In this document: positions 1 through 9,190 of the stretch, piece after piece
Layout: each line of letters starts with the position of its first letter
Position numbering within the stretch: the stretch's first letter is position 1
From: an uncultured Lachnospiraceae bacterium
GTDB taxonomy: Bacteria; Bacillota; Clostridia; Lachnospirales; Lachnospiraceae
Assembly: GCA_902764045.1 (NCBI GenBank)
Contig: CACWUI010000001.1
Location: forward strand, 1-41,963
Length of the DNA stretch: 41,963 nt
Reading direction: 5' to 3'
Translations under genes and position numbers: made by a program
Notes under the pieces: model-generated
Told to the model about the DNA's origin: nothing
The model's input: only the letters and a program-made list of their open reading frames with translations
Database searches by the model: none

Positions 1-1
1 A

Positions 2-3000
2 GGTTATACAATAGGAGATGATGAATACTCAGGTAAGGAAGCTCAGGACATTAAGAATCATGTTCAGACCAAGCCGGAGACTTATACCGCAGGTGCAATC
101 ATCTTCACGGGTGGAAATGATCATCAGCTTAACGGTGGACTTATAGCAGGCAACAAAGCTGATGCGGGTGCGATCATAGTTAAGACAAAGAACAACCATC
201 CCTTTGCAAGCGATCCGAGCTTTAGCGGTCACAATCAGCTTGCTACATGGGCTGCAAGCGCAGCTGCTTCAAGTACAAAGGTGACTATGGGGGCCGGTAC
301 ATCAGCAGGTCCTACTATCGCAGGTAATGTAGGTATTCATGATTCAGGTGCCGTATTTGTTTGGCCGGTTGGAGACAATGACACAGCAGAAGTAGTCATG
401 AACGCCGGAAAAGTTCAGGATAATTTCTCATGGTATAAGGGTGGTGCATTTAATGTCTGCTCAGAGATAGATCCTATCGAGCACTGGAAGCAGGACAAGA
501 AGAGAGCAAACGCAAAAGCTATCTTTGACATGAATGGTGGTCTTATTGAGAACAACACGGCCGTATGCCGAGGCGGTGCTATTGAGGTTGTGTCCGATCA
601 GGTTTATTTGAAAGCCGGTATCATCAGAGATAACAACTCAAGAACGCTTGGTGGTGCGATTTATGTAGAGGGAGACTTTGCAGATCGTCTTTACACTCTC
701 TATCTTCCCAATACATATGTAAATAACAACAACGCATGGAAAGAAACAAAAGCAGGCCAGGAAGCAAGTGACTATGCTTATCTTAAGCGTAAACTTGTAA
801 GCGGGAATCGTGCGAGACTGAATGCCGATGGTACATATACTTATGATAACCCTCTCGGTAATGTGAGAAATGACAATGGTTCCATAAATGATACGGACAG
901 AAATGAAGGCAAGAAGGACTGGAGCCCTGTAAGCGATGGCGCTAAGAAATGGATCTTATCGGCTACACGTACAGGGGACTGGAGAGACTTTCCGAACCAC
1001 AGCGGTCTCGGCGGTGGTGTTTGGCTTTGTGCTCTTGGTGGTTATGCTTCCATTAACTTCTTTATTAATGACACTAACAAGCCTGACCTTGTAGGTGCAT
1101 ATATTGACGGAAACAACGGAACAAAAGGTAATGGTCAGATTGACTGGGATATGACTGCTCTTGCAAAGGACGGTGGTTTCACATTATCTAAAGCAAACAC
1201 TAACGCGCAGGATCAGTCAGAGTATGTGTACCTTGACAGACCAAGCGAGCATCTGGTATGGAATAAATTATATTCCGGAAAAGGTGCACGATATGATATC
1301 GTAAACAGCAATAATATTACGACTGATAACACCCAGGGAGGAACAAAGGGTGTTCTTATCACACAGAACAACGCCCGTGCCGGTGGTGGTATCGCATCAA
1401 ACGGTACCGTAATATTCGGTCAGAGCGGAGATATCTACAGACACAGTGCGGAGACTACCTTCACAAAGACATGGACAGGTGTTGCTTCTAAGCCTATGGC
1501 CTTCCAGGCTTATATTATTAAGCCGGATGGAACCAAGGTTGCGATTCCCGGGTATCAGTTCATACTTGACGGAACAGCCGGTGATGCACAGGGCGGAAAC
1601 GGAAGTGTGCAGTCAGTTGTTGATGAGACTTCCGGCTGGACTGCAAAGATACAGCTTCCTTACGGTTATGACGGAACTCCTGTCTTTGAGATGACTGCAG
1701 ACAATAAAACATACAATACTCTGATGTCTCTTTGGGATATTCCGGGCAGCGTTACGACGGGAACGGTAACAGACTGGAACTTTGCGGTTGAGGAGGTTCC
1801 TTCACTTCCGCATAAAAAGACCGGTCTTGTTGCTTCAAATAATTACTTCCTTCTGAAGAAAGTAGATGAAAACAGTGGTTCTGAAACAGACAGGGATCCA
1901 AACTTTAAGACAGACGGCAAATACGATGCGCCTATAAATATAGGGGCACAAACAGAGTGGCCTTATACAAATTTCCCGGATAAATACAAAAGCGGACTTT
2001 ATTTTGTTAAACAGTACAATGGTGTGACTGAGGTCAACGAGACGCTTTTTAACGGAGAATATGCACTCGTTCAGGGAAATGGAAACGTAATCGAAGAGTT
2101 TACTATAAGTGAGGGAGAGACGGAGTTTGCTTCATACAACCTCGTTGAGAAGCCTTCAACAGTTAAGCTTTCACAGACACATAAAGAGGTCGATTACAAG
2201 GATAAAGAAGGCAAAACGATAACAAAAATACATGAATACTCAACCAAGGCTTACACGGAAGGTGACAACAACAACCTTAAAATGGATAACTCCGAGCGTG
2301 AAAAGCCCGGTGTTGAAAAATATATCAACAAAAAGGTAGACCAGGATCTTGATAATATCGGTCAGCAGTTTACCTATGATATTATTGCCAAGGTGCCCGA
2401 TCAGGCTGAAGAATTCGCTATCAGCGATACTCTTGTTGACTGGATCGAGTATGTAGGCGGAACTGAAGCTATACAGATCAAGGTTCTTGATAACAACGAC
2501 CATCTCGGTAACGGCAGTGGAACAGTTGCAACAGGAAAAGTAAATAACACAGGAAACAGCGTAGTAAACCAGGCTCTTACCAGCCAGGTAAATGCTGCAT
2601 GTGAGAAGATCATACTTAATGATACTCTTACAGTCAGAGTGACAGATAAGACGGTACTTAAGAACCTTATCGGTAAATATGTACAGATAACTATTGATGC
2701 ACAGCTTGACAGTGATCATTATGATGATGTTATGGGTAAAGTGTCCAATAAGGACAGAAAAGTTACCTATAATGAGGCAAGCAATTCTTATAAGTTAAGA
2801 AACGAGTTTGACAAGAATAAGTATACATATCGTGTTTACAGAGTTTCTGACAAGACAGGTAACAATATAGACGGAGACGATATGGAGTCTCTTACATGGA
2901 ACAACAGTCTGAAGAGAAATGCCGGATATTACCTTACAGATGAAGAGTTAAAGGCCATCGGTATATCTGCAGATACCATAGTAAGAAGAACTCAGCGAGT

Positions 3001-6000
3001 AGGTCACAATCCATTAGATGCCAACTTTGATAATGGAACATTCAAAAACCTGCCTGCAGGTAAATATGTAGTTCATGTAATGAACGGAACCGAAGACGAC
3101 GGGACCAATGGTGAGCAATCAAAGTCAAGAGCAAATCTTGATCTTTGTGAGGTCTTTGAGATTATCGACGGAAACGAAGATATCAGTTGGGTAAGTGTTG
3201 CCGGAACCAGCCAGAACGGTTTACCTGAAGCTTTCAAGAACGACTCCCCATACATGGGCGAGGGCAAGCAGCAGACTGACCCGCAGGTTGTGACAGGAAG
3301 CACAACTGACAAGAAGAACACTTCTGACGATCCGCTTCATGATGGTGTCGGAAACAGAGCTACATTTACTGTTACATACCGTGGTGGACGTCAGCAGACA
3401 TTAAAGACCAATACGGTTACTGTAGAACCTCAGCCTGAAACACCAAAAATTGAAAAATATGTTAATAAGAAGGTTGATGATACCCTTGCGGGATTTGACT
3501 CCAACTTTACATATGACATCATGGCTTATATTCCTAACGGTGTATCAACGGTAGTTATCGATGATACTCTTGTGGACTGGCTTGAGTTTGCAAGCACAGA
3601 CAACACATTAAACCAGATCAGAGTACTTAGTGATAATGATCACATCGGTAACGGATCAGGAACTGTAGCTACAGGAAGTGTAAACGGAAATACAAAAGTT
3701 GTAGACGTTGCGCTTGATAACAAGTACACTGTTGAGAAGACAGGAAACAAACTTAAAGTAACTATAAATGACAGAGATACCATCACTAAGCTTTGGGGCA
3801 ACTGGGTACAGGTGACCTTTGATGCTAAGATCAAAGAGAGCGCTTATGGAAATGTAATGTCCAAGCTTAGAGAGAAGGAAGCAGCTTCTGATGACAGAGC
3901 AACTGTTACATATTCAAAAAATGTAAATAACACAAACAGAGCAACATATGTTATTAAGGATTACGAAGCAGATCACGCATCTAAAGGTGTACATTACAGA
4001 CTTTACAGAATAAGTGTTAGTTCAGCAGGACAACCATTCTTTACTGCAAATACTTGGGGTGTGAGTGGTGTAAGTACGAGTAATGCAGGAACAATACTTC
4101 CTGAGAATGCGCGTGATTTATTCGGCATTCAGGAAAGCACGTCTATTGTAAGAACGAAGAAGATTGACGAAGAACAGTCAGCACAAGATGGTTCAGGAGA
4201 AGGAAAGTACTCAGGAAACGGTAAGTTTGAGAACCTCATTGACGGTAAGTATCTACTTTACTGCTGGACCGGAAGTGATGAAAGAAACAGTAACAATGTG
4301 TTATTAAATAAATGTGAATACTTTGAAGTAAGCACTCAGAATTTCAACTGGGTCGAGGTAGATGGTTCGGTTACAACTCCTGCTTACTTAAGCACAGATG
4401 CGCCTGTACTTGATGGTGCTGATGCTATGCATGATGGTATCGGAAACAGAGCAGGTTATACACTTGGCTTCAAAGGTGGATCTACTACCGAGTTAAAGAC
4501 AAATGTTGTAACTGTAGAGCCTAAGCTTGAAAAGTTTGAGATAACTAAGATCTGGGAAGGTGATGATGTAACTGCACCTTCCGGAGAGGTTGAGACGGAA
4601 TTCCTTAAGGCGCTCAAGCTTAAGCTGGGTGGAGAGGATATTCCTGCGAACACATCCTATGACCATGAACTGAGGATCACCTCAATAGGTGCTAACGGCA
4701 GAACATGGACCATAGAGACACCTTCGCTTCCTACCTTTGAAAGCAAAAAGTACAGCCTTGAAGAAAATCTTCAGAGTTTGAAGAACAGCAGTAAAACAGC
4801 TGTGAAGAACTTCTTTAAATATTATGATGTGTCTTACAGTAACAGTGTTAATGAGTCTTATACCATTAAGGATATAGATACTGAAAGATATGCATACTAT
4901 TTAGCAAGAGGAACAAATAAAAATAGTCCCACGTCACCTTTTGATGAACTGTCCCAACAAATAGGAGCAAACGGCAGTAATATGCCTGCCGAACTGTCCG
5001 AGTTGTTTGGCAGCTTTACAAAGGCGGAACGTATTTATCTTTCCTACGAGGAGAACGGCGCGAAACCTTCTGCAGAGGTTATACAGAGCAGGCTTAATAA
5101 CATCTTAAACAGTGGAAATCTGCCTTCAGGTGATTATGTCTTGTTATGTGTCAACAGAAGCGGATGGATCGGCAACAGAGAAAGAAGTGAAAGATTCACT
5201 TATCAGGCGCCTGAAAGCTTTGCAGACCAGATCTCCAAGCAGCTTGTAGACAAGTACGGCAATACAAAGCTTCATGATAACACGATTACAATTGCCGCAG
5301 GCGCAGACAGAAAACTGTTATCCGGTACAAATCACGGTGATGGCTGGGTTGTCGCCAAACCCGGTGATACTGATCATTTGAGAGAGAAATATGGTATAAC
5401 TCCTGTTTACATAAATGATGCTTATTGGGGATACGATATTACTAATTATGTCGGACCGGGGAACTTCTCTTCGAAAGTTAAAACAAATCCTGTAGTAGTC
5501 GATCTGGATACCTTACCTTCAGGTACATATTTCGATTTGACTTATAACGGCGGATTTGGAAACTCCAGAAGAAGATATGACATTGTCGGAAGTGAACGTT
5601 TAAATACGGTAAAATATTCAGTTTACAAGAAGGGCTCCGATGGTGTAGAAGGCAAGACGCTGGGATCTGTTATAGGAACAGACTACAAGTATTCCAACGG
5701 TCTGGCGTATGAAGCTACGGACGCTCAGAAGGCGTATGGATTGTACAAGAAAGACATCAGCAGAGATGATCTTACAAATGCAATCACAGATGATGGAGAA
5801 TTTATCATTGTTGCACAGAACAATGCTGAAAGAATAATTCCCATTACTCTTAAGAAGAGATTCTCGGATGGAAATCTGGCTAGCGGAGGAACTCTCTATA
5901 ATACCAAGAAATTGTTTAAGGTCGTTATCAGAAAGATAGATCCAAACTATGTAGATCTTAGCGGTGCGACATTTGAATTACGCAAGAACAATTCAAGTGG

Positions 6001-8665
6001 TGAAAAGGTGATACTTGAAAACAGCGGATCCTACTTTACCACAGGAACAGTTTTAGAGCCGGGAACATATTATGTAAAAGAAACGAAGGCTCCAAAAGGA
6101 TATACGGCAGTAAACGAATTTACTTTTAAGCTTAACAATGACGGAAGCGTTTCCGATATAAGCAACACAAGCAACGGCAGGGTCAGCGTTGACGATGACA
6201 GAGCATTCGTTATCAATGCTAAAAACACAACTGATACTACCGAGATTGATGTTACCAAGAAATGGGATTACAGCAGTGGTGAAAGAAGAGAGAAACCCAA
6301 CAGTATCACCATATACCTTGATTCGGATGCGGAGAATCAAGACCAGTTTAAGGTGTACAGATCTTACACTATAGACAAGCCGAATCCGGATTCAGATACA
6401 TGGACTTATAAAATAGATAATCTTCCGAAGTATGTCTATAAGGCTGACGGGGTAACAATTGACAGAACCATACAATACCGTATCCGCGAGGGAGATGTTC
6501 ACGGATATATTAACTCTTCGGTAGAGATGGAAGTATCCTCAACAAGCGGTTCCTCATCAGGTGGTGTTGATAATACGACATACTATGCATATTCTACATA
6601 TGACAAAGGAAACGGTAGTTATATAGGTTCTCAGATACATTATCTGCAGACTAGCAAGGGTTACAATAATCCGAAGATTCCTGCATTTTGTATAAACTAT
6701 CCGGTACAGGGACCGAACACATTTGAGAACTCATATTACTATAATCCGTTAGAGTATAAGAAAGTAGTGGTGGGATCCTCCAGTGATCTGGCTAATTATA
6801 TAGTTAGTTCAAAGTATGCTCAAAGGTCTAATGGTATTCGTTTTGGTAATGAACCTTTAGATAATCTGTATAAACGGCTTATTGTAATAAATCTATATGG
6901 ATATGGCAACGATACTACACAGTTCAAGACACAATATGGATTGACAGACAGTCAGTTCAAGTGGATGACACAATGTGCGATCTTTGAATACGCAGATTGG
7001 TACGGAACATATAGAGGAACAGATTTCAGTAATAAGGCAAACAAAGTATTTGCATTAGATAACGGACTGGGTGGTGAAAGACCAAACGTAAATATCAGAA
7101 AAGCAGACGGAAGCAATATAACATTGCATCAGGCTTATCGCGATTTTATGAGGCTGATCCACAATGCAGATTTAACTACGTTGACAAAGAATAAGCAGTT
7201 GTATCTGTATATACCTAAATCAACAAGCAATCTGTACAGATACCAGAATCTTATCGGAGTTGAAGATATACCTGAAGTTGTAACAAATACCAAAGTAACG
7301 CTTGTTAATAAGTCTTTGGCAGACCTGACTATTCAGAAGGTAGATGAAGAAGGAAAACCTATTCAAAACAAGAATGATCTTGAAGCGGAATTCAGGCTTG
7401 TAGAGGCTTTGGATGCAGAAGATGCTAAAGAAAAAGCAAAGACAACAGGTATAGTAAGTGTTCCTGTTGAAGGTGACAACAGTGCGTTATATAAATTCCC
7501 CGGAGTAAAGACCGGAAGATATTGGCTGGTGGAGACAAAGTCACCAAAATACTATACGATAGGTGAACCTGTAGAGATTAAAGTGACAAGTGTCGAAAGC
7601 AGCGGAAATAATGGTGCAAATAATAACAGCACCACCGGAAACAGTGGTACCGGTAATGACAGCACCGGAAATAATAGTTCCGGAAATGGCAATACGGGGA
7701 ATACCGGATCAAATACCGGGAATACACAAGGGAAAACATATAAAGCATTAACCTATCTGACTGGTTCCAGAAATGTGGGATTGACTGATGCCTCAGATAA
7801 TGATACATACTCATATGCTGATGATAATAAAATGGTTTGGACTACAACCCAAGACGGAGAGATTACTATAATAGACGCCAATAATAAAACCAGATATTTG
7901 GTATATGATATTGAAACGATCTCATCTGGAGCTGAAGCCAGCGGAACAAATTATTATCCTTTGACGTGTGCATTCTGGTCTCCTATGGATAATGACGGTG
8001 AACCAGATGAAGGTGGTCAGTTTGGTATATCACCTTATACAGGAAGTGCAAATAGGTATCCTGTTTGGAAATATAATAACGGAAAACTTAAGCTTGATAA
8101 ATACAGAAATGTAGATGGAGGAAAAACTGAGACCATTTATTTAAGTAACTTAGAGTATGTGAGGACTGCAGATACAATTTGGGACTATGGAACTGCAACA
8201 CTGCAGGGAACTTTGACGGAATCAGAGGCTTCAACTGTTGTTTTACAGACATGGAACGGAAGCAAATGGGTTAACGCTTCAGGTATACAGCCTAATAAAG
8301 AGTACAGGATATTACTTGAAGAAGGAACAGGATTTGTTCCGATAACACCTTCTGATCCGGGATCGGGATCAGGTACAGGTACAGGATCAGGCAGCGGTTC
8401 ATCCGGATCCAACACCGAATTACAGGTAGAATTTGTTAATCCTGACCTTGTTGAAAACATTGCGAAGATGTCAGAATATAGTTTTGGAGTTTCTGGCTTC
8501 CATTTCAGCTATATGAACGAACTGACCAAAGTAGAACTGCCTGATACAGGTGGTATGGGAACAACATGGATCTATATCATCGGTGGTGCAGCCGCAGCAG
8601 GAGGAATAACTGCAATTGCAGCAAGAGGCAGACGTAAAAAGAAGACAGATCAGGATATAGCCTGA
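2..8665 (+). CDS. Giant LPXTG-anchored surface adhesin, 5'-partial (2887 codons visible). It has an N-terminal beta-helix/GGAI-repeat region, isopeptide-type pilin-like modules, CnaB/SpaA-like domains and a thioester domain.
   Basis: The frame of the 281..8665 ORF has no stop back to nt 2, so the gene starts upstream of the window. GGAIEV and GGAIYVEG repeats resemble Pmp/pectate-lyase-fold repeats. EKY(I/V)NKKVD...FTYDI motifs occur twice. SpaA-like segments are FKVVIRKID...GTYYVKETKAPKGY and LTIQKVDEEGKP...GRYWLVETKSPKYY. A CnaB-like segment is TEIDVTKKWD. The C-terminus has LPDTGG, a hydrophobic helix and an RGRRKKK tail. Confidence 0.9.
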   Translation, partial: GYTIGDDEYSGKEAQDIKNHVQTKPETYTAGAIIFTGGNDHQLNGGLIAGNKADAGAIIVKTKNNHPFASDPSFSGHNQLATWAASAAASSTKVTMGAGTSAGPTIAGNVGIHDSGAVFVWPVGDNDTAEVVMNAGKVQDNFSWYKGGAFNVCSEIDPIEHWKQDKKRANAKAIFDMNGGLIENNTAVCRGGAIEVVSDQVYLKAGIIRDNNSRTLGGAIYVEGDFADRLYTLYLPNTYVNNNNAWKETKAGQEASDYAYLKRKLVSGNRARLNADGTYTYDNPLGNVRNDNGSINDTDRNEGKKDWSPVSDGAKKWILSATRTGDWRDFPNHSGLGGGVWLCALGGYASINFFINDTNKPDLVGAYIDGNNGTKGNGQIDWDMTALAKDGGFTLSKANTNAQDQSEYVYLDRPSEHLVWNKLYSGKGARYDIVNSNNITTDNTQGGTKGVLITQNNARAGGGIASNGTVIFGQSGDIYRHSAETTFTKTWTGVASKPMAFQAYIIKPDGTKVAIPGYQFILDGTAGDAQGGNGSVQSVVDETSGWTAKIQLPYGYDGTPVFEMTADNKTYNTLMSLWDIPGSVTTGTVTDWNFAVEEVPSLPHKKTGLVASNNYFLLKKVDENSGSETDRDPNFKTDGKYDAPINIGAQTEWPYTNFPDKYKSGLYFVKQYNGVTEVNETLFNGEYALVQGNGNVIEEFTISEGETEFASYNLVEKPSTVKLSQTHKEVDYKDKEGKTITKIHEYSTKAYTEGDNNNLKMDNSEREKPGVEKYINKKVDQDLDNIGQQFTYDIIAKVPDQAEEFAISDTLVDWIEYVGGTEAIQIKVLDNNDHLGNGSGTVATGKVNNTGNSVVNQALTSQVNAACEKIILNDTLTVRVTDKTVLKNLIGKYVQITIDAQLDSDHYDDVMGKVSNKDRKVTYNEASNSYKLRNEFDKNKYTYRVYRVSDKTGNNIDGDDMESLTWNNSLKRNAGYYLTDEELKAIGISADTIVRRTQRVGHNPLDANFDNGTFKNLPAGKYVVHVMNGTEDDGTNGEQSKSRANLDLCEVFEIIDGNEDISWVSVAGTSQNGLPEAFKNDSPYMGEGKQQTDPQVVTGSTTDKKNTSDDPLHDGVGNRATFTVTYRGGRQQTLKTNTVTVEPQPETPKIEKYVNKKVDDTLAGFDSNFTYDIMAYIPNGVSTVVIDDTLVDWLEFASTDNTLNQIRVLSDNDHIGNGSGTVATGSVNGNTKVVDVALDNKYTVEKTGNKLKVTINDRDTITKLWGNWVQVTFDAKIKESAYGNVMSKLREKEAASDDRATVTYSKNVNNTNRATYVIKDYEADHASKGVHYRLYRISVSSAGQPFFTANTWGVSGVSTSNAGTILPENARDLFGIQESTSIVRTKKIDEEQSAQDGSGEGKYSGNGKFENLIDGKYLLYCWTGSDERNSNNVLLNKCEYFEVSTQNFNWVEVDGSVTTPAYLSTDAPVLDGADAMHDGIGNRAGYTLGFKGGSTTELKTNVVTVEPKLEKFEITKIWEGDDVTAPSGEVETEFLKALKLKLGGEDIPANTSYDHELRITSIGANGRTWTIETPSLPTFESKKYSLEENLQSLKNSSKTAVKNFFKYYDVSYSNSVNESYTIKDIDTERYAYYLARGTNKNSPTSPFDELSQQIGANGSNMPAELSELFGSFTKAERIYLSYEENGAKPSAEVIQSRLNNILNSGNLPSGDYVLLCVNRSGWIGNRERSERFTYQAPESFADQISKQLVDKYGNTKLHDNTITIAAGADRKLLSGTNHGDGWVVAKPGDTDHLREKYGITPVYINDAYWGYDITNYVGPGNFSSKVKTNPVVVDLDTLPSGTYFDLTYNGGFGNSRRRYDIVGSERLNTVKYSVYKKGSDGVEGKTLGSVIGTDYKYSNGLAYEATDAQKAYGLYKKDISRDDLTNAITDDGEFIIVAQNNAERIIPITLKKRFSDGNLASGGTLYNTKKLFKVVIRKIDPNYVDLSGATFELRKNNSSGEKVILENSGSYFTTGTVLEPGTYYVKETKAPKGYTAVNEFTFKLNNDGSVSDISNTSNGRVSVDDDRAFVINAKNTTDTTEIDVTKKWDYSSGERREKPNSITIYLDSDAENQDQFKVYRSYTIDKPNPDSDTWTYKIDNLPKYVYKADGVTIDRTIQYRIREGDVHGYINSSVEMEVSSTSGSSSGGVDNTTYYAYSTYDKGNGSYIGSQIHYLQTSKGYNNPKIPAFCINYPVQGPNTFENSYYYNPLEYKKVVVGSSSDLANYIVSSKYAQRSNGIRFGNEPLDNLYKRLIVINLYGYGNDTTQFKTQYGLTDSQFKWMTQCAIFEYADWYGTYRGTDFSNKANKVFALDNGLGGERPNVNIRKADGSNITLHQAYRDFMRLIHNADLTTLTKNKQLYLYIPKSTSNLYRYQNLIGVEDIPEVVTNTKVTLVNKSLADLTIQKVDEEGKPIQNKNDLEAEFRLVEALDAEDAKEKAKTTGIVSVPVEGDNSALYKFPGVKTGRYWLVETKSPKYYTIGEPVEIKVTSVESSGNNGANNNSTTGNSGTGNDSTGNNSSGNGNTGNTGSNTGNTQGKTYKALTYLTGSRNVGLTDASDNDTYSYADDNKMVWTTTQDGEITIIDANNKTRYLVYDIETISSGAEASGTNYYPLTCAFWSPMDNDGEPDEGGQFGISPYTGSANRYPVWKYNNGKLKLDKYRNVDGGKTETIYLSNLEYVRTADTIWDYGTATLQGTLTESEASTVVLQTWNGSKWVNASGIQPNKEYRILLEEGTGFVPITPSDPGSGSGTGTGSGSGSSGSNTELQVEFVNPDLVENIAKMSEYSFGVSGFHFSYMNELTKVELPDTGGMGTTWIYIIGGAAAAGGITAIAARGRRKKKTDQDIA
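2306..4522 (+). repeat. Two tandem ~1.1-kb coding modules (2306-3442 and 3443-4522) inside the adhesin
   Basis: The two modules align end to end. Module 1 runs PGVEKYINKKVDQDL...DTLVDWIEYV...DHLGNGSGTVATG...HDGVGNRATFTVTYRGG..LKTNTVTVEP. Module 2 runs PKIEKYVNKKVDDTL...DTLVDWLEFA...DHIGNGSGTVATG...HDGIGNRAGYTLGFKGG..LKTNVVTVEP. Confidence 0.85.
6560..7270 (+). other. Putative Cys-Gln thioester domain (TED) of the adhesin; boundaries are approximate
   Basis: The Cys lies in PAFCINYP (codon 6689-6691). The Gln lies in KWMTQCAIFEY (codon 6971-6973). These match the [YF]C-hydrophobic-N and TQxA(I/V)(W/F) signatures of Gram-positive thioester adhesins. Confidence 0.6.
8537..8551 (+). other. LPDTG sortase recognition motif
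   Basis: The sequence reads VELPDTGGMGTTWIYIIGGAAAAGGITAIAARGRRKKK and then reaches the stop within 8 codons. This is the classic cell-wall sorting signal. Confidence 0.9.
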
Positions 8666-8671
8666 CATATA

Positions 8672-8707
8672 AAGATGACTGAATAAGATTTCGGTCATCT
8701 TTTTTTG
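8672..8707 (+). terminator. Rho-independent terminator of the adhesin gene
   Basis: AGATGACTGA (8672-8681) pairs with TCGGTCATCT (8691-8700), with one G-U pair. A T7 run follows. Confidence 0.75.
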
Positions 8708-8709
8708 TG

Positions 8710-8880
8710 TTACCTTTTCTGATCAATAAGACAAAAACGGTTCTGTCTTCTGTTAAAAAACAGGAAACAGAACCGTTCCGACACTACCTTTTACTCAGGA
8801 CACGATGACGGTTCTTGAGTCCTGTTTTTCTGCGAAAAACAAGACACAAAAACCGTCCCCATGTCCCTCGGGGTCACCTT
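8710..8880. repeat. Cluster of REP-like palindromic units (GACGGTTCTGTC / GACAGAACCGTC family) plus a three-times repeated ACCTTTTCTG-like motif
   Basis: AACGGTTCTGT (8736-8746) and ACAGAACCGTT (8767-8777) form an inverted repeat. GACGGTT (8807-8813) and AACCGTC (8851-8857) form another. Motif copies are TACCTTTTCTGA at ~8710, TACCTTTTACTCA at ~8786 and CACCTTTTCTGCA at ~8874. Confidence 0.6.
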
Positions 8881-8918
8881 TTCTGCAAAAACAGGATGTA
8901 AAAAAGTTTTTAAAAAAC

Positions 8919-8947
8919 TTTACAAAAAAGCCTAAAGGATATACAAT
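8919..8947 (+). promoter_or_regulatory. Sigma-A-type promoter of a small RNA (TTTACA-N17-TACAAT)
   Basis: TTTACA is at 8919-8924, followed by a 17-nt spacer and TACAAT at 8942-8947. Confidence 0.55.
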
Positions 8948-8953
8948 ATCACT

Positions 8954-9016
8954 GTACGAAACAAAGAATCCAAGTAAAACAACGAAAACCCCTGAGCGGC
9001 AACTCAGGGGTTTTCT
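8954..9016 (+). ncRNA. Candidate antitoxin sRNA (~60 nt) of a type I TA module
   Basis: It starts about 7 nt after the -10 box. It ends in the hairpin CCCCTGAG (8989-8996) / CTCAGGGG (9003-9010) plus TTTT. It contains TCCAAGTAAAACA (8969-8981), which is complementary to the start region of the 9145..9062 ORF. A second copy is at 12490-12550. Confidence 0.5.
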
Positions 9017-9061
9017 ATTCCATTTTTGTATAAAGGAGGCTTAATCCTTTTTGCTACCAAC

Positions 9062-9145
9062 TTATTTGCCGTCCAGCCATTTGCAGATAAAGTATGCAAC
9101 GATACTTGCTGCAAGGGAGACGATAAACGAGACAAAATTCTCCAA
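9062..9145 (-). CDS. Candidate type I toxin, a 27-aa hydrophobic peptide (Fst/PepA1-like); it is too short to appear in the ORF track
   Basis: A GGAGG box is followed 8 nt later by a TTG start. The peptide is LENFVSFIVSLAASIVAYFICKWLDGK, one transmembrane-like helix with a short charged tail. It has its own promoter and a convergent sRNA that shares its terminator. Confidence 0.55.
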   Translation of the reverse strand: MENFVSFIVSLAASIVAYFICKWLDGK

Positions 9146-9190
9146 GTAAAACACCTCCTTTCTGTACCCAGTATAGAGGTGGTAGCCGAA

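Noticed and set aside
1446-8460. Many 60-160-aa ORFs in alternative frames or on the opposite strand within the adhesin gene
   Set aside because: They are nested in one continuous, motif-rich, 8.6-kb reading frame. There are no independent translation signals.
8710-8880. Repeated ACCTTTTCTG-like motifs and palindromes that might suggest a CRISPR array
   Set aside because: The repeats are short, degenerate and irregularly spaced. There are no uniform 25-40 bp repeats with unique spacers and no cas genes. They fit REP-like palindromes better.
8805-9044. 79-aa ORF on the plus strand across the REP cluster and sRNA
   Set aside because: It has no SD. It is composed of translated palindromic repeats and runs through a promoter and a terminator hairpin.
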